Below, one piece after another: positions 17,146-26,349 of a stretch of DNA of 41,970 nucleotides. The DNA comes from Leptospiraceae bacterium (GTDB lineage: Bacteria > Spirochaetota > Leptospiria > Leptospirales > Leptospiraceae). The DNA is taken from assembly GCA_035347155.1 (NCBI GenBank), contig DAORET010000006.1, positions 64,001 through 105,970 of the forward strand. Direction: 5' to 3'. Each line of letters opens with the position of its first letter. Within the stretch, counting starts at the first letter, position 1. Below the pieces are notes generated by a model that worked only from the letters and a program-made list of their open reading frames with translations, had not been told where the DNA came from and searched no databases. The translations under genes were made by a program, and so were the position numbers.

Positions 17146-17936
17146 AGAGAACTCCCTGATTGAATCATATTCACAATTGCACTCTTTGTTATCTCTGAAA
17201 GACTCGTTGTAAAAGCGTCATTTCCAATCCGACTGACGAAAAATTTCCCTGTTGAGGTTTTTAAATAGACCGAGTTACCCGAATATTTATTCCCGTTAGA
17301 GACTTTTGTAACCGTTATACTCACATCTCCCTCTAAAGACCAAATACCTGCCATATCGATCCACCAGAGATCCAAGAGAAAAAAGGTATAAAATATATTA
17401 AGAATTCCTAAATCTGGGACTCTTGTATTATAATCCAAAACTAAATTAGAATAGTTTACTTCTATAACTGCGTCAATCCCTGCTGTTTTTAACCACCGTT
17501 GTCGATCAGAAGCAGTCTCTCCAGCAGCAGGCGAAATTAGTCCTAGGTCTAAGGGATTTACTTCTTTTGCTCTTTTGTTTCCTAACTTTTCTAATGCCTC
17601 TTTAAATCCATCTTTGAAGATTGCATTTGGATTCACTTCACCATACGCATCAGCAGCAAAGCTTTTACCTGTTGCTTGTAATACCTTAACATTAATTTCA
17701 TTGTTAGGTGATGATTTTGAATCAGATGTTGGATTTAATGTGCCTGCCACAATAATATATTTTCTAATAGATTTCAAAAATTCTTTTGCATCGGATTCTA
17801 GAGCCTTATCTTTTCTATCACTTGTGCCACAAGACAAAAGAAAAATACTGATTAAAAATCCTACTGAGAACTTACATATTAGAACTATCGTTTTTGTTTC
17901 TTTTTTATTTAAGAATTTGTTCCTATTTACTCTCAT
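17142..17936 (-). CDS. Lipoprotein (first gene of the 4-gene exported-protein operon)
   Basis: The signal peptide FLISIFLLSCGTSD carries an LSCG lipobox. No catalytic motif recognised. Confidence 0.5.
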   Translation of the reverse strand: MRVNRNKFLNKKETKTIVLICKFSVGFLISIFLLSCGTSDRKDKALESDAKEFLKSIRKYIIVAGTLNPTSDSKSSPNNEINVKVLQATGKSFAADAYGEVNPNAIFKDGFKEALEKLGNKRAKEVNPLDLGLISPAAGETASDRQRWLKTAGIDAVIEVNYSNLVLDYNTRVPDLGILNIFYTFFLLDLWWIDMAGIWSLEGDVSITVTKVSNGNKYSGNSVYLKTSTGKFFVSRIGNDAFTTSLSEITKSAIVNMIQSGSSL

Positions 17937-18208
17937 AAAATAATCCCGTTTAATTACTTTACTTAAAGGTATATGATTACGAGGTATCAGTCAATCGTCA
18001 GTATTAGGTAGATTTTTCATTTTTTTCATTTATTGGTTTTAGGAAATAATCAATATTGAGTAATTTTTATTACAAAGAGAAAATTCTGAATTGCCAGATT
18101 TGGTAGAAATAATCTATCGTGAAATTAGCTAATTATTGCGATAGGCGATTTACAACAAAGAATCATTCTCAATATTTAGTTATACTTTGAAATAGTAGAG
18201 TAAATAGA

Positions 18209-18865
18209 ATGGATTTTATAAATAATAAAAAATTTGTATTTGGAATTATTGAAGACGATCTTAATTTTCAATCTCTACTTACAGGTCTTCTAAAAACCAG
18301 AAAAGAAGTAGATCGAATCCATATTTTTAATTCCGCAGAAGATGCGTTAGTCTCTTCATCTCTTCCTTACCTAGATATTCTAATTGTTGATTATCGACTA
18401 GGCGGTATGGATGGAATTCGTTTTTTGGCAAACCCAGCAATTCGAAATTTAGAAATTCCTAAATTAATTTTGACCGGTTTTAATGCAGAAGAAAAAATTT
18501 TCGAAGCACTCAAGTATGGAGCAACTGGTTATATGTTAAAAGAAGAAATTTATTCGCTAGACTCTATATTAGAAATCCTATTAACAGGTGGTGCTTATAT
18601 CTCCCCTATGATAGCTTTAAAAGTTGCCAATTATTTTAAAGAGATGGAAGAATCAATCGATGATTTAAACGCTCTCACTTCTAGGGAAAAAGAAATTATT
18701 CATGAGCTTGCCAATGGTTTTTCTCCAAAGGAAATTTCTGAATCTTTAGATATAAGTGTTTTAACAGTAAGAACCCATATCAGAAATATCTATAAGAAAT
18801 TAGAAGTGAGCAATCAGGTTCAGCTCTTAAAAAAAGCCAAAGAATTACATTTCTTAAAAGAATAA
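18209..18865 (+). CDS. Response regulator, NarL/FixJ family (REC + LuxR-type HTH)
   Basis: The receiver has an acidic pocket IIEDD and the phospho-acceptor context ILIVDYRLGGMDG. The C-terminal GerE/LuxR HTH is LTSREKEIIHELANGFSPKEISESLDISVLTVRTHIRNIYKKL. Confidence 0.8.
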   Translation: MDFINNKKFVFGIIEDDLNFQSLLTGLLKTRKEVDRIHIFNSAEDALVSSSLPYLDILIVDYRLGGMDGIRFLANPAIRNLEIPKLILTGFNAEEKIFEALKYGATGYMLKEEIYSLDSILEILLTGGAYISPMIALKVANYFKEMEESIDDLNALTSREKEIIHELANGFSPKEISESLDISVLTVRTHIRNIYKKLEVSNQVQLLKKAKELHFLKE

Positions 18866-18985
18866 ATTATACATCTCCCCAAGCGAGAGTCTATAAAAAA
18901 TATCAAAATCCAAATCTACAATTCCATTTAGAAAAAATTTTTGACTTTTTAGCTATAAAAATAAAACACTAAAATTAGGTTTAAT

Positions 18986-19399
18986 ATGAGTTCTTATAAT
19001 CACTTTATTTTTTCGAATCTAGATGCTAACCAGCTTTTGGATAGAATTTACAATTCAATTCAAAATACATTTTCAAAAAGGAATAAAAAGCCTAATATTC
19101 ATTTAGAAAACTCGAAAATTGAAATTCAATACTCTGATTATCTTTTTACCTTTTTATTGATAGATGAAGATTGGGTATTAGAGGAATCTAAGGATATAGC
19201 AGAAAGATTTGCTAAAACAGAGATACAAAAGGAAGTCATTTATCACTCAAAGAAACGAGTTGAATTTTGGGGAAATGATGATTATCAAATGAATTATTTT
19301 AATGACTATTTAATTCTATTAGAAAATATCCAAAAAGATTCTGATGTTATTATCTTTGATACTATCAATGGAAAATTTTTTGATGAAATAGGGCTTTAA
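18986..19399 (+). CDS. Hypothetical cytoplasmic protein
   Basis: An ORF with no recognisable motifs, located between the response regulator and the convergent kinase. Confidence 0.35.
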   Translation: MSSYNHFIFSNLDANQLLDRIYNSIQNTFSKRNKKPNIHLENSKIEIQYSDYLFTFLLIDEDWVLEESKDIAERFAKTEIQKEVIYHSKKRVEFWGNDDYQMNYFNDYLILLENIQKDSDVIIFDTINGKFFDEIGL

Positions 19400-19414
19400 T
19401 AATACCTATTCCTA

Positions 19415-21475
19415 CTATCGCATAATAAAACTTTCTATTTGATTTGATTTTGGAACCCTAAGTTCTGCTTTATACTCATTGTCCTTTAACGAATCTTGAA
19501 AGATCCCACCTAATTGTTGGGTTCTCTTGAGAATAGTATCTTGTCCATATCCAGTTCCCTTTTTTCTATTGTGGTATTGGGATAGAGCCTGCATTTGAAA
19601 AGAAATAAACTCTTCTTCTACTTGGATTTTCCAATGCGATTGCCCTTCCCCGTATTTAAGGTCATTGTTGATAATTTCTTGGATCACACTAAATAGCCCA
19701 TGATATCTTTCCTTCTCTATAAAACTTTCTGAATAATTTTCGTCGGCTAGGAAAGAAATTTTTCTATTAGCAGAACTATATCTCCTCAACAAAAATAGAT
19801 GAAATCCATTTAAAAAGTTTTTCTCTATACTTGAGAGATCTTCAATCGCAAGCAATCTTCCACGCAAGCTCTTTAGAATTTCATCAATCATATGAGTGAG
19901 TCTTTCCTTAGACTCTAAGGGAACTATCGTATCTGCTTGTAGGGAGTTTAGCAAGAAAGAAAGACTGAGTAATTGTCCTCCTAAATTATCATGAATGTCT
20001 ACAAAGATTCGCTCTCTTTCTTTTTTAACTACTAATTCTTTTTCTAAAGCAGATACCTTCTCCATCTCTAGATAATTTTGCTTGTAACTTTCTTCTAACT
20101 CTAAAGTTCTTTCAGCTACTTTATTTTCCAAATCAGACTTCAAATCTACTAGTTCACTATTGATATAGGAAAGAGAATTCGTTTTTTCTAAAAGTTGCTC
20201 TGTTAATTTTTCTGATAATTTATAAGCTCTAGAAAATTTGGTAGAAAGCATAGCTGCTTGTATAAATGTAAAAAATACTACTCCATAGGGAGTGAGGTGA
20301 TTGGTTCTAATGATTCCCATTCCATATAAGATGTCGTGAATCAAGAGAATATAAAACACTGAAGTTCCAAGCAACATGGCAAATGCTTCTGGTCTTTTTC
20401 TGATATATGCTAAAATAAAAACATAGTAAGAGTAAACAACACTCAAAATCAAACAAACCTGCATCACAATCAATGAATAGTAGGAATAATAAGGCATTGG
20501 TCCTACTAGTCCCAAAATTGTGCAGGATCCACCGAGGAGAGAAATAAGAAAAACAAATGGAAAAAAAATATCTTTTGGGAAAAGAGTATAAACAAACAAA
20601 AGGAAAACAGGCAATCCAAAATAAATCGTTATGTGCTCTAGCCTAAAAACAAAATCAAAGGATAGAAAAGGAAATACATCTAGGATCACTCTTTCTTCCA
20701 TAGAAAAAATCCTAGTCATTATTGTCAGACAGAACAGACCAAAATACAAAGTTGATCTCTCTTTGGGACGACTTTTAAATAAAAACAAATGATAAATTCC
20801 CATAATAAAAAGAGAACCGACTGTCATCAATGCGAGATAAAGAGAAAAATTCTTTTTTTGCTCTATATCCTTCCAAGTTCCTAAAAATGGTTTGTTCCAG
20901 AGTCCTGCTTTTAGATTTTCAAAATTAGATACCTGTATGACAATTTCTAACTCATCGGAACTTTGAGGTGGAATCAGAATAGAATCGTATTTTAAAAATG
21001 GAAGAGATTCTTCGCGGATCTTCCCGACTTTTCCCATATTGAGTTCCAATTTTCCATTGATGAAAATTTGATAACTACTACTTGCATCGGTCATAAAAAG
21101 TCCGAGTGGTTTATTGTGCGGAGGTAACAATACTTTCAAACGATAGCTGGCATACCCAAATGGGGGTAAGGTTTTTCCATTGAATTCCTGATTCTGCCAT
21201 TCGGAAGGAATAGAAATAATTCTCTTTTCTAATTCTAAAATATCTTTCGGAACAGAACTGGGCTTATCGGATTCATAGAGAAACCTTTCCCAATAAAATT
21301 CCCATTCTCCTTGTAAGGGAATCATTCCATCTTCTGAAAAATTCCAATCTTTGAGTGAAATGCTTCCATAAACTGCTTCCGATTGTATTTTTTGGGGAAA
21401 TATTCTATTTGTATTCCTGACAAATCCCAACGCAAGGAGGATGAGAATCGAAATTAAATAAAAGAATTTACCCAT
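19415..21475 (-). CDS. Sensor histidine kinase, 7TMR-DISM type with HisKA_3/HATPase_c
   Basis: An N-terminal signal/TM segment and a ~190-aa extracellular domain are followed by seven hydrophobic helices and a coiled coil. The H-box is FVDIHDNLGGQLLSL (HisKA_3, the class that pairs with NarL-type regulators), followed by a C-terminal ATPase region. Confidence 0.7.
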   Translation of the reverse strand: MGKFFYLISILILLALGFVRNTNRIFPQKIQSEAVYGSISLKDWNFSEDGMIPLQGEWEFYWERFLYESDKPSSVPKDILELEKRIISIPSEWQNQEFNGKTLPPFGYASYRLKVLLPPHNKPLGLFMTDASSSYQIFINGKLELNMGKVGKIREESLPFLKYDSILIPPQSSDELEIVIQVSNFENLKAGLWNKPFLGTWKDIEQKKNFSLYLALMTVGSLFIMGIYHLFLFKSRPKERSTLYFGLFCLTIMTRIFSMEERVILDVFPFLSFDFVFRLEHITIYFGLPVFLLFVYTLFPKDIFFPFVFLISLLGGSCTILGLVGPMPYYSYYSLIVMQVCLILSVVYSYYVFILAYIRKRPEAFAMLLGTSVFYILLIHDILYGMGIIRTNHLTPYGVVFFTFIQAAMLSTKFSRAYKLSEKLTEQLLEKTNSLSYINSELVDLKSDLENKVAERTLELEESYKQNYLEMEKVSALEKELVVKKERERIFVDIHDNLGGQLLSLSFLLNSLQADTIVPLESKERLTHMIDEILKSLRGRLLAIEDLSSIEKNFLNGFHLFLLRRYSSANRKISFLADENYSESFIEKERYHGLFSVIQEIINNDLKYGEGQSHWKIQVEEEFISFQMQALSQYHNRKKGTGYGQDTILKRTQQLGGIFQDSLKDNEYKAELRVPKSNQIESFIMR

Positions 21476-21747
21476 TATGTAAAAGATGTGAGTTAGAACT
21501 TATTTGAGCAAGACCAAATTATGCATAAAGCAAAAAGATCGTTCTTTGTTGCAAAGACTTATACATAAGAAATTACATATTCAATGAGAATCCAATCTAA
21601 ATTTCTTGCAAAAAACAGAACTTAATTCCAATCTACCAATGGGTTTATCGTTGAACTTTAACTGTGACGTTTAGATTTCAAAAAGATCTTACATTGCCTT
21701 TAGACTTCATATTAGGAATAGGCATTTTGGAAAAAGCAAGACATGAA

Positions 21748-21822
21748 TCCAATGTAGGTTCGAATCCTACTATCTCTTTCGAGGGATATAGCCAAATGGT
21801 TAGGCACCAGACTGTTAATCTG
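21748..21822 (+). ncRNA. tRNA-Asn(GUU)-like sequence in circularly permuted order (3' half upstream of 5' half)
   Basis: The 3' half spans 21748-21776: variable region CCAAT, T-arm GTAGG-TTCGAAT-CCTAC, and 3' acceptor strand TATCTCT. After the 4 nt TTCG, the 5' half runs from 21781: acceptor AGGGATA (pairs 7/7 with TATCTCT, including G3.U70), U8, D-arm GCCA/AATGGTT/AGGC, and anticodon arm CCAGA-CUGUUAA-UCUGA (U33, anticodon GUU, A37). Confidence 0.4.
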
Positions 21823-22328
21823 ACAAAACCAAAAACCGAAAGAAAAGGAAATTCTCATGCCCTTATTTAAGAGAGACTGCGAAAGCGGTTAATCAGAAGT
21901 AAACGGCACTTAGATTAAAACCTTGCAGAAACTTGGATACCGATTGGATTTGAAAGCTTCCATTCCGAAAGGAACCGATGCCAAAAATTCCTTCTAAAAA
22001 GTTTCTCCGTATTTTTTCCGAGGAGGGTTTTCTTTTCTTTCCATAAAAGTCACAACCAATTCACAGAGATAAACACCGATAGATTTTCATACTAGTTTTA
22101 AATTCAACCTTTCTTACTTTCTTTATTCTTTACTAAGAAAAGAAGTTAAGATTTACCAAAGTCATCACATCTTGATAAAGTTGTATTCATTCACTATTAG
22201 AATTTACAAATTCAAATCCCAATTAAAAATGAATTTCTAAATTCGTTTTTCTCTGATCCTCAGTGTCTAGGTTAGTCTATTTAGCCATTTTTGATTCTAC
22301 TGAGCTAAGAGCATAATAAGGTGGGAAT

Positions 22329-23429
22329 ATGTTTACAACAATTCGAAATGATGAAAGAGGACTTCTCTTTAAAGATGGAAATTATATTAAAACACTAAAG
22401 CCTGGCAAATATCTATTAGCCGCAAGTCTAGGACATACACTCATTCGAATGGATGTAAATAAAGCTTTTGTGACAGAAAAAAATCTAAATCTTTTTCTAA
22501 AAGATCAGTCCTTAGTCGAAGAACTCTCGATTGTAGAAGTAAATGAGTTTGAAATATGTCTTCACTATGAAGACAATCTACTCGCAAATGTATTAAAACC
22601 AGGACGTTATGCATTCTGGAACATCTTAAAGAAGCATGAATTTAAATTAATCGATACAAGAAATCCAATTCCAAATCAAGAATTCAATCAATCTCTATTC
22701 ACAAATATCAAATTAAATGGATTTTATTATGCCTTTCAAGTTGAAAACCATGAAGCTGGACTTCTCTATTTTAATGGAGTATTTCAAAGTATACTTAAAC
22801 CAGGTAAATACTACTTCTGGGCTGGAGTCATCACAGCTAACGTCATAAAAATAGACTTACGACAGCAACAACTTGACATCAATGGTCAAGAGCTAATGAC
22901 AGAAGATAAAATCACTCTCCGTTTAAACTTCACATCTCAATACAAAATTACCAATCCACTCAAGGTGATGGAAATTAAAAACTACCAAGAACAAGTTTAT
23001 ATTTTACTACAACTAAGCCTTCGTGAATATGTAGGTGCTTTAAAATTAGATGAGCTTTTACAAAAAAAGCAAGAAATTGCAGATTTTGTCCTAACTAAAC
23101 TAAAAGAGAAATCCAATGATTTTGGAATAGAATTTGTATTTGCAGGATTAAAAGATATTATCCTTCCAGGTGAGATAAAAGACATTTTAAATTTAGTATT
23201 AATCGCTGAAAAGAAGGCACAAGCAAATATAATTACTCGTAGAGAAGAAACTGCATCTACTCGTAGTCTCTTAAACACTGCAAAATTAATGGAAGAAAAT
23301 CCAACACTTTATCGACTAAAAGAATTGGAATATATTGAGAAAATTTCCGAAAAAGTTAACTCAATTTCACTCTCTTCCAGTTCAGGGATTTTAGAACAAT
23401 TAGCGTCTATCGTTAATATTAAGAAATAA
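22329..23429 (+). CDS. SPFH/band-7 domain protein with N-terminal triple-repeat module and no TM anchor
   Basis: C-terminal SPFH-like region (ITLRLNFTSQYKITNP...EYVGALKLDELL...ANIITRREETAS). The N-terminus carries three copies of the hydrophobic-x-LKPGKY/RY motif (KTLKPGKYLL, NVLKPGRYAFW, SILKPGKYYFW). AAGGTGGG lies before the ATG. Confidence 0.65.
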   Translation: MFTTIRNDERGLLFKDGNYIKTLKPGKYLLAASLGHTLIRMDVNKAFVTEKNLNLFLKDQSLVEELSIVEVNEFEICLHYEDNLLANVLKPGRYAFWNILKKHEFKLIDTRNPIPNQEFNQSLFTNIKLNGFYYAFQVENHEAGLLYFNGVFQSILKPGKYYFWAGVITANVIKIDLRQQQLDINGQELMTEDKITLRLNFTSQYKITNPLKVMEIKNYQEQVYILLQLSLREYVGALKLDELLQKKQEIADFVLTKLKEKSNDFGIEFVFAGLKDIILPGEIKDILNLVLIAEKKAQANIITRREETASTRSLLNTAKLMEENPTLYRLKELEYIEKISEKVNSISLSSSSGILEQLASIVNIKK

Positions 23430-23430
23430 C

Positions 23431-25500
23431 ATGTTTAAAGTTGGTATTGGACAATCAGATGAGATCGACACACTGTGTGCGACAGAAAAAGCAATCGCAC
23501 AAGCGAGAAATTCTCTAGGAAGTTTTATTCCGCAAGCCTGTATTTTATTTGCAGGGCTTGATTTTGAGCATGAGAAAATATTAGAAGAAATCAATAAAAC
23601 TTTTCCAGATATTAATTTGATAGGATGTTCTTCCGGTGGAGAGATTACAAGCGAATTCGGTTTTACTGATGATTCGATTGTAATATTGCTACTCTATTCA
23701 GATGAAGTATCTTTTTCTATTGGGCTTGGGTATGATTCAGAAATGAATTCAGAAATAGCGGCGAATAACGCTTTGGAGATGGCACGAAAAAATCTCACAA
23801 ACGAAGAAAAACTATGCCTTGTTTTTACTGATAGTTTCAGTCTCTCAGGAAACAAGATCATTCAAACTCTGAATCAGAAAGTGACAAAAGGATGTAAAAT
23901 TTTCGGTGGTGTTTCAGCTAGACCATTTGTTTCCAACCTAAAGACAAAGCAATTTTTTAAAGACAAAGCTCTTTCTCAATCCGTAGTAGTAATGCTGATT
24001 GGAGGACCTATAGAGTATAAATACAGTCTATCTCATACTTGGAAGCCTATTGGTAGAAAAGCAATTGCAACGTTAGTTGAAGGCAAAAAGTTAATTAAAA
24101 TAGATGATATGAGAGCACTCGATTATTATCATTATTATCTTGGAGATTTTTCATTTCCTGCTCCAGAATTTCCACTCGCAGTTTATCAAAACGATTCAGA
24201 AGATTTTTACATTCGAGTTCCTGGCGGCTATAACAAAGAAGATGGATCTGTTTTATTTGCAGGTGAAATCCCACAAGGTTCCACAATTCAACTAACTGAG
24301 GCAATGAGAGATTATATTGTAGACGATTTAGACCAAGAATCGATTCGTCAGAAAAAAATGAAAATTAATTTTGAGCCAGCCATGGCATTTGCCTTTTCGT
24401 GTATCGTTCGAAAGCAAATACTAGGAACAAAGGTAAAAGAAGAAATTCGTGTGTTAAAAGAACATTTCCCACCTTCTTTCCCAATATTTGGATTCTATAC
24501 TTATGGAGAAATTTCTCCCCTAGAATCAGAAGAAAGTAGTAATTTGCACAATTGCACAATGGTTACCTTAGTAATAGGAACTAAATCAACTTCCAATCAA
24601 ACAGAAAAGAAAGAGGCTAATCAAGATTATCCCGAAGAATCTCCAAATTTAAGTGATTCGGAAATCATAGAAGAACAAAAAAATGAAATTCTAAAACTAA
24701 GAAAGAAATTAGAAAGAGAACATAGTTATAGAGTAAACTTAGAAAATGTAAAAGACTTTCATGGTTCGGTTTTAAAAACAATCAATCATGAAATTGAAGC
24801 AGCAAAACAAGTAATTCAGCAAAAGAATGTAGAGCTAGAAAAACTTTACAAAGCTCTTGAATCAGAAAAAAAGAAGTCAGATGATTTACTTTTGAACATA
24901 TTACCAACACAAGTTGCTGAAGAATTAAAACAGAACGATTTTACAAAGCCTGTCTATTATGAGTCAGCATCTGTATTATTTACCGATTTCAAAGGTTTTA
25001 CAAAAATTGCAGGCAAAATGAGCCCTTCTGAACTAGTTACTGAATTGGATTTTTATTTTTCCGAATTTGATCGGGTGATTGAAAAATATGGTTTAGAAAA
25101 ACTAAAGACGATAGGCGATGCTTATATGTGTGCAAGCGGATTACCTAAAATCAATTCTAATCATGCAATAGACTTAGTAAATGCAGCTTTAGAAATTCAA
25201 GAGTTTATGCTAAATCTAAAAAAGGAAAAAGGTGAATCTGTTTGGGAACTTAGAATTGGAATTAACTCAGGTCCACTTATGGCAGGTGTGATTGGAAAAA
25301 AGAAATTCTCCTACGACGTATGGGGAGATACAGTAAACATCGCATCTAGGCTTGAGTCCAATGGAGAAGCAGGTAAAATAAATATTTCGCAGTATACTTA
25401 CGAATTGATTCGAGACCACTTTATTTGTGAATATAGAGGTAAAATCGCAGCAAAAAATAAGGGTGAAATTGATATGTATTTTGTATTAGGACGAAAGTAA
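23431..25500 (+). CDS. FIST-domain adenylate/guanylate cyclase (FIST_N-FIST_C-coiled coil-class III cyclase)
   Basis: The N-terminal ~380 aa are FIST-like (GCSSGGEITSEFG, GFYTYGEISP). The C-terminal CYCc domain is VLFTDFKGFTKIAGKMSP...KTIGDAYMCASGLP...GPLMAGVIG...DVWGDTVNIASRLES. The start lies 1 nt after the upstream stop. Confidence 0.8.
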   Translation: MFKVGIGQSDEIDTLCATEKAIAQARNSLGSFIPQACILFAGLDFEHEKILEEINKTFPDINLIGCSSGGEITSEFGFTDDSIVILLLYSDEVSFSIGLGYDSEMNSEIAANNALEMARKNLTNEEKLCLVFTDSFSLSGNKIIQTLNQKVTKGCKIFGGVSARPFVSNLKTKQFFKDKALSQSVVVMLIGGPIEYKYSLSHTWKPIGRKAIATLVEGKKLIKIDDMRALDYYHYYLGDFSFPAPEFPLAVYQNDSEDFYIRVPGGYNKEDGSVLFAGEIPQGSTIQLTEAMRDYIVDDLDQESIRQKKMKINFEPAMAFAFSCIVRKQILGTKVKEEIRVLKEHFPPSFPIFGFYTYGEISPLESEESSNLHNCTMVTLVIGTKSTSNQTEKKEANQDYPEESPNLSDSEIIEEQKNEILKLRKKLEREHSYRVNLENVKDFHGSVLKTINHEIEAAKQVIQQKNVELEKLYKALESEKKKSDDLLLNILPTQVAEELKQNDFTKPVYYESASVLFTDFKGFTKIAGKMSPSELVTELDFYFSEFDRVIEKYGLEKLKTIGDAYMCASGLPKINSNHAIDLVNAALEIQEFMLNLKKEKGESVWELRIGINSGPLMAGVIGKKKFSYDVWGDTVNIASRLESNGEAGKINISQYTYELIRDHFICEYRGKIAAKNKGEIDMYFVLGRK

Positions 25501-26313
25501 ATGAGAGGAATCTTATTACTCCTTTTTCTCTCCTACTGCGTAACGGTAGACGAGAGTATCGATGGAAAAGCAAAGTCTATTCAATTCAATGTTTGCTTCT
25601 GGAGAGCAGAGAAATTAAATTCCAAAATTTTGAATGATACTAAAAATCTATTAGTGACTCTAGGATCTAACTGTGATAGTATCTCATTTACTGAAATCAA
25701 AGCGGATAACGAAGGTTTGCCAAATGAATTGGAAAATATTTTTTCAAAATTAGGTTATAATTATACCTGTCTAGATAGTTTCCATGATGAAAAAACTCAT
25801 TTAACTCACACAAAGTATATAACTTGTGCAAATAATAACAAGGTAGTAGAAATAAAGCCATTCGAGTATGCTGATACTAGAAGAGATTTTTCTTCCCCGC
25901 CAACCTTCTTTTTTTTGGAATTAACAAATGGAACGAAAGCTAACATCTTACCATTTCATGCCCATGCAGGAAATAAAAACGAATTAATTGATTTTGAAAG
26001 AGTTGTGAATTTTAGTTTTCAGCAATTTTCAGAAAGGAAAACATTTTTAGGAGGAGATTTTTATACGGATAAGAAGTATCACTCAGAATCCTTTTTGAAA
26101 TCTTTGCTTTATTTCCAAATTCTAAAAAATTTGATCCTAGAACCTACAACTATCAGTGGCGAAAAAAATGATATTCTTATGACCGACAAAATCACTGCAC
26201 TGAATTGTAAGGGAAATACTCTTATAAAGTATAGCTCAAGTAGTCCTGTGTCTAAAGAATTAGAATTAGTATCAAACCATTTTCCAATTATCGCACAATG
26301 TAAATTAAAATAA
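25501..26313 (+). CDS. Secreted endonuclease/exonuclease/phosphatase (EEP, DNase I-like) family protein
   Basis: Signal peptide MRGILLLLFLSYCVTV. EEP-like motifs occur in order: QFNVCFW (N-terminal Asn), SFTEIK (Glu), LGGDFYTD (GDFN-like), and SNHFPIIAQ (SDHxPV-like). The ATG abuts the upstream stop. Confidence 0.5.
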   Translation: MRGILLLLFLSYCVTVDESIDGKAKSIQFNVCFWRAEKLNSKILNDTKNLLVTLGSNCDSISFTEIKADNEGLPNELENIFSKLGYNYTCLDSFHDEKTHLTHTKYITCANNNKVVEIKPFEYADTRRDFSSPPTFFFLELTNGTKANILPFHAHAGNKNELIDFERVVNFSFQQFSERKTFLGGDFYTDKKYHSESFLKSLLYFQILKNLILEPTTISGEKNDILMTDKITALNCKGNTLIKYSSSSPVSKELELVSNHFPIIAQCKLK

Positions 26314-26349
26314 ATTTGACAAAATAAGATTGGGTCTTAGTTTCTAGCT

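Noticed and set aside
21748-21822. Interpreting the permuted element as a two-piece (permuted) tmRNA gene
   Set aside because: The 5' piece has complete D and anticodon arms with a canonical 7-nt anticodon loop (U33, GUU, A37). tmRNA lacks an anticodon arm, and no tag-peptide reading frame or pseudoknot region follows.
21664-21870. 68-aa ORF in the six-frame track
   Set aside because: It lies entirely over the tRNA-like T-arm and anticodon-arm sequence. It has no RBS and its amino-acid sequence is low-complexity. It is explained by the RNA-like element.
21781-22100. tRNA-Asn with an intron after position 43 and a downstream 3' half
   Set aside because: No GTTCRANYC T-arm and no strand complementary to AGGGATA occur in the 300 nt downstream. 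The only matching 3' half is the one located upstream.
23431-25500. Considered a Pycsar-type (pyrimidine cyclase) anti-phage system
   Set aside because: The cyclase domain is a close paralog of an ordinary membrane adenylate cyclase in the same window. No adjacent effector carries a cNMP-binding domain. The only cNMP-domain proteins are the distant shell genes, whose context is sulfur metabolism.
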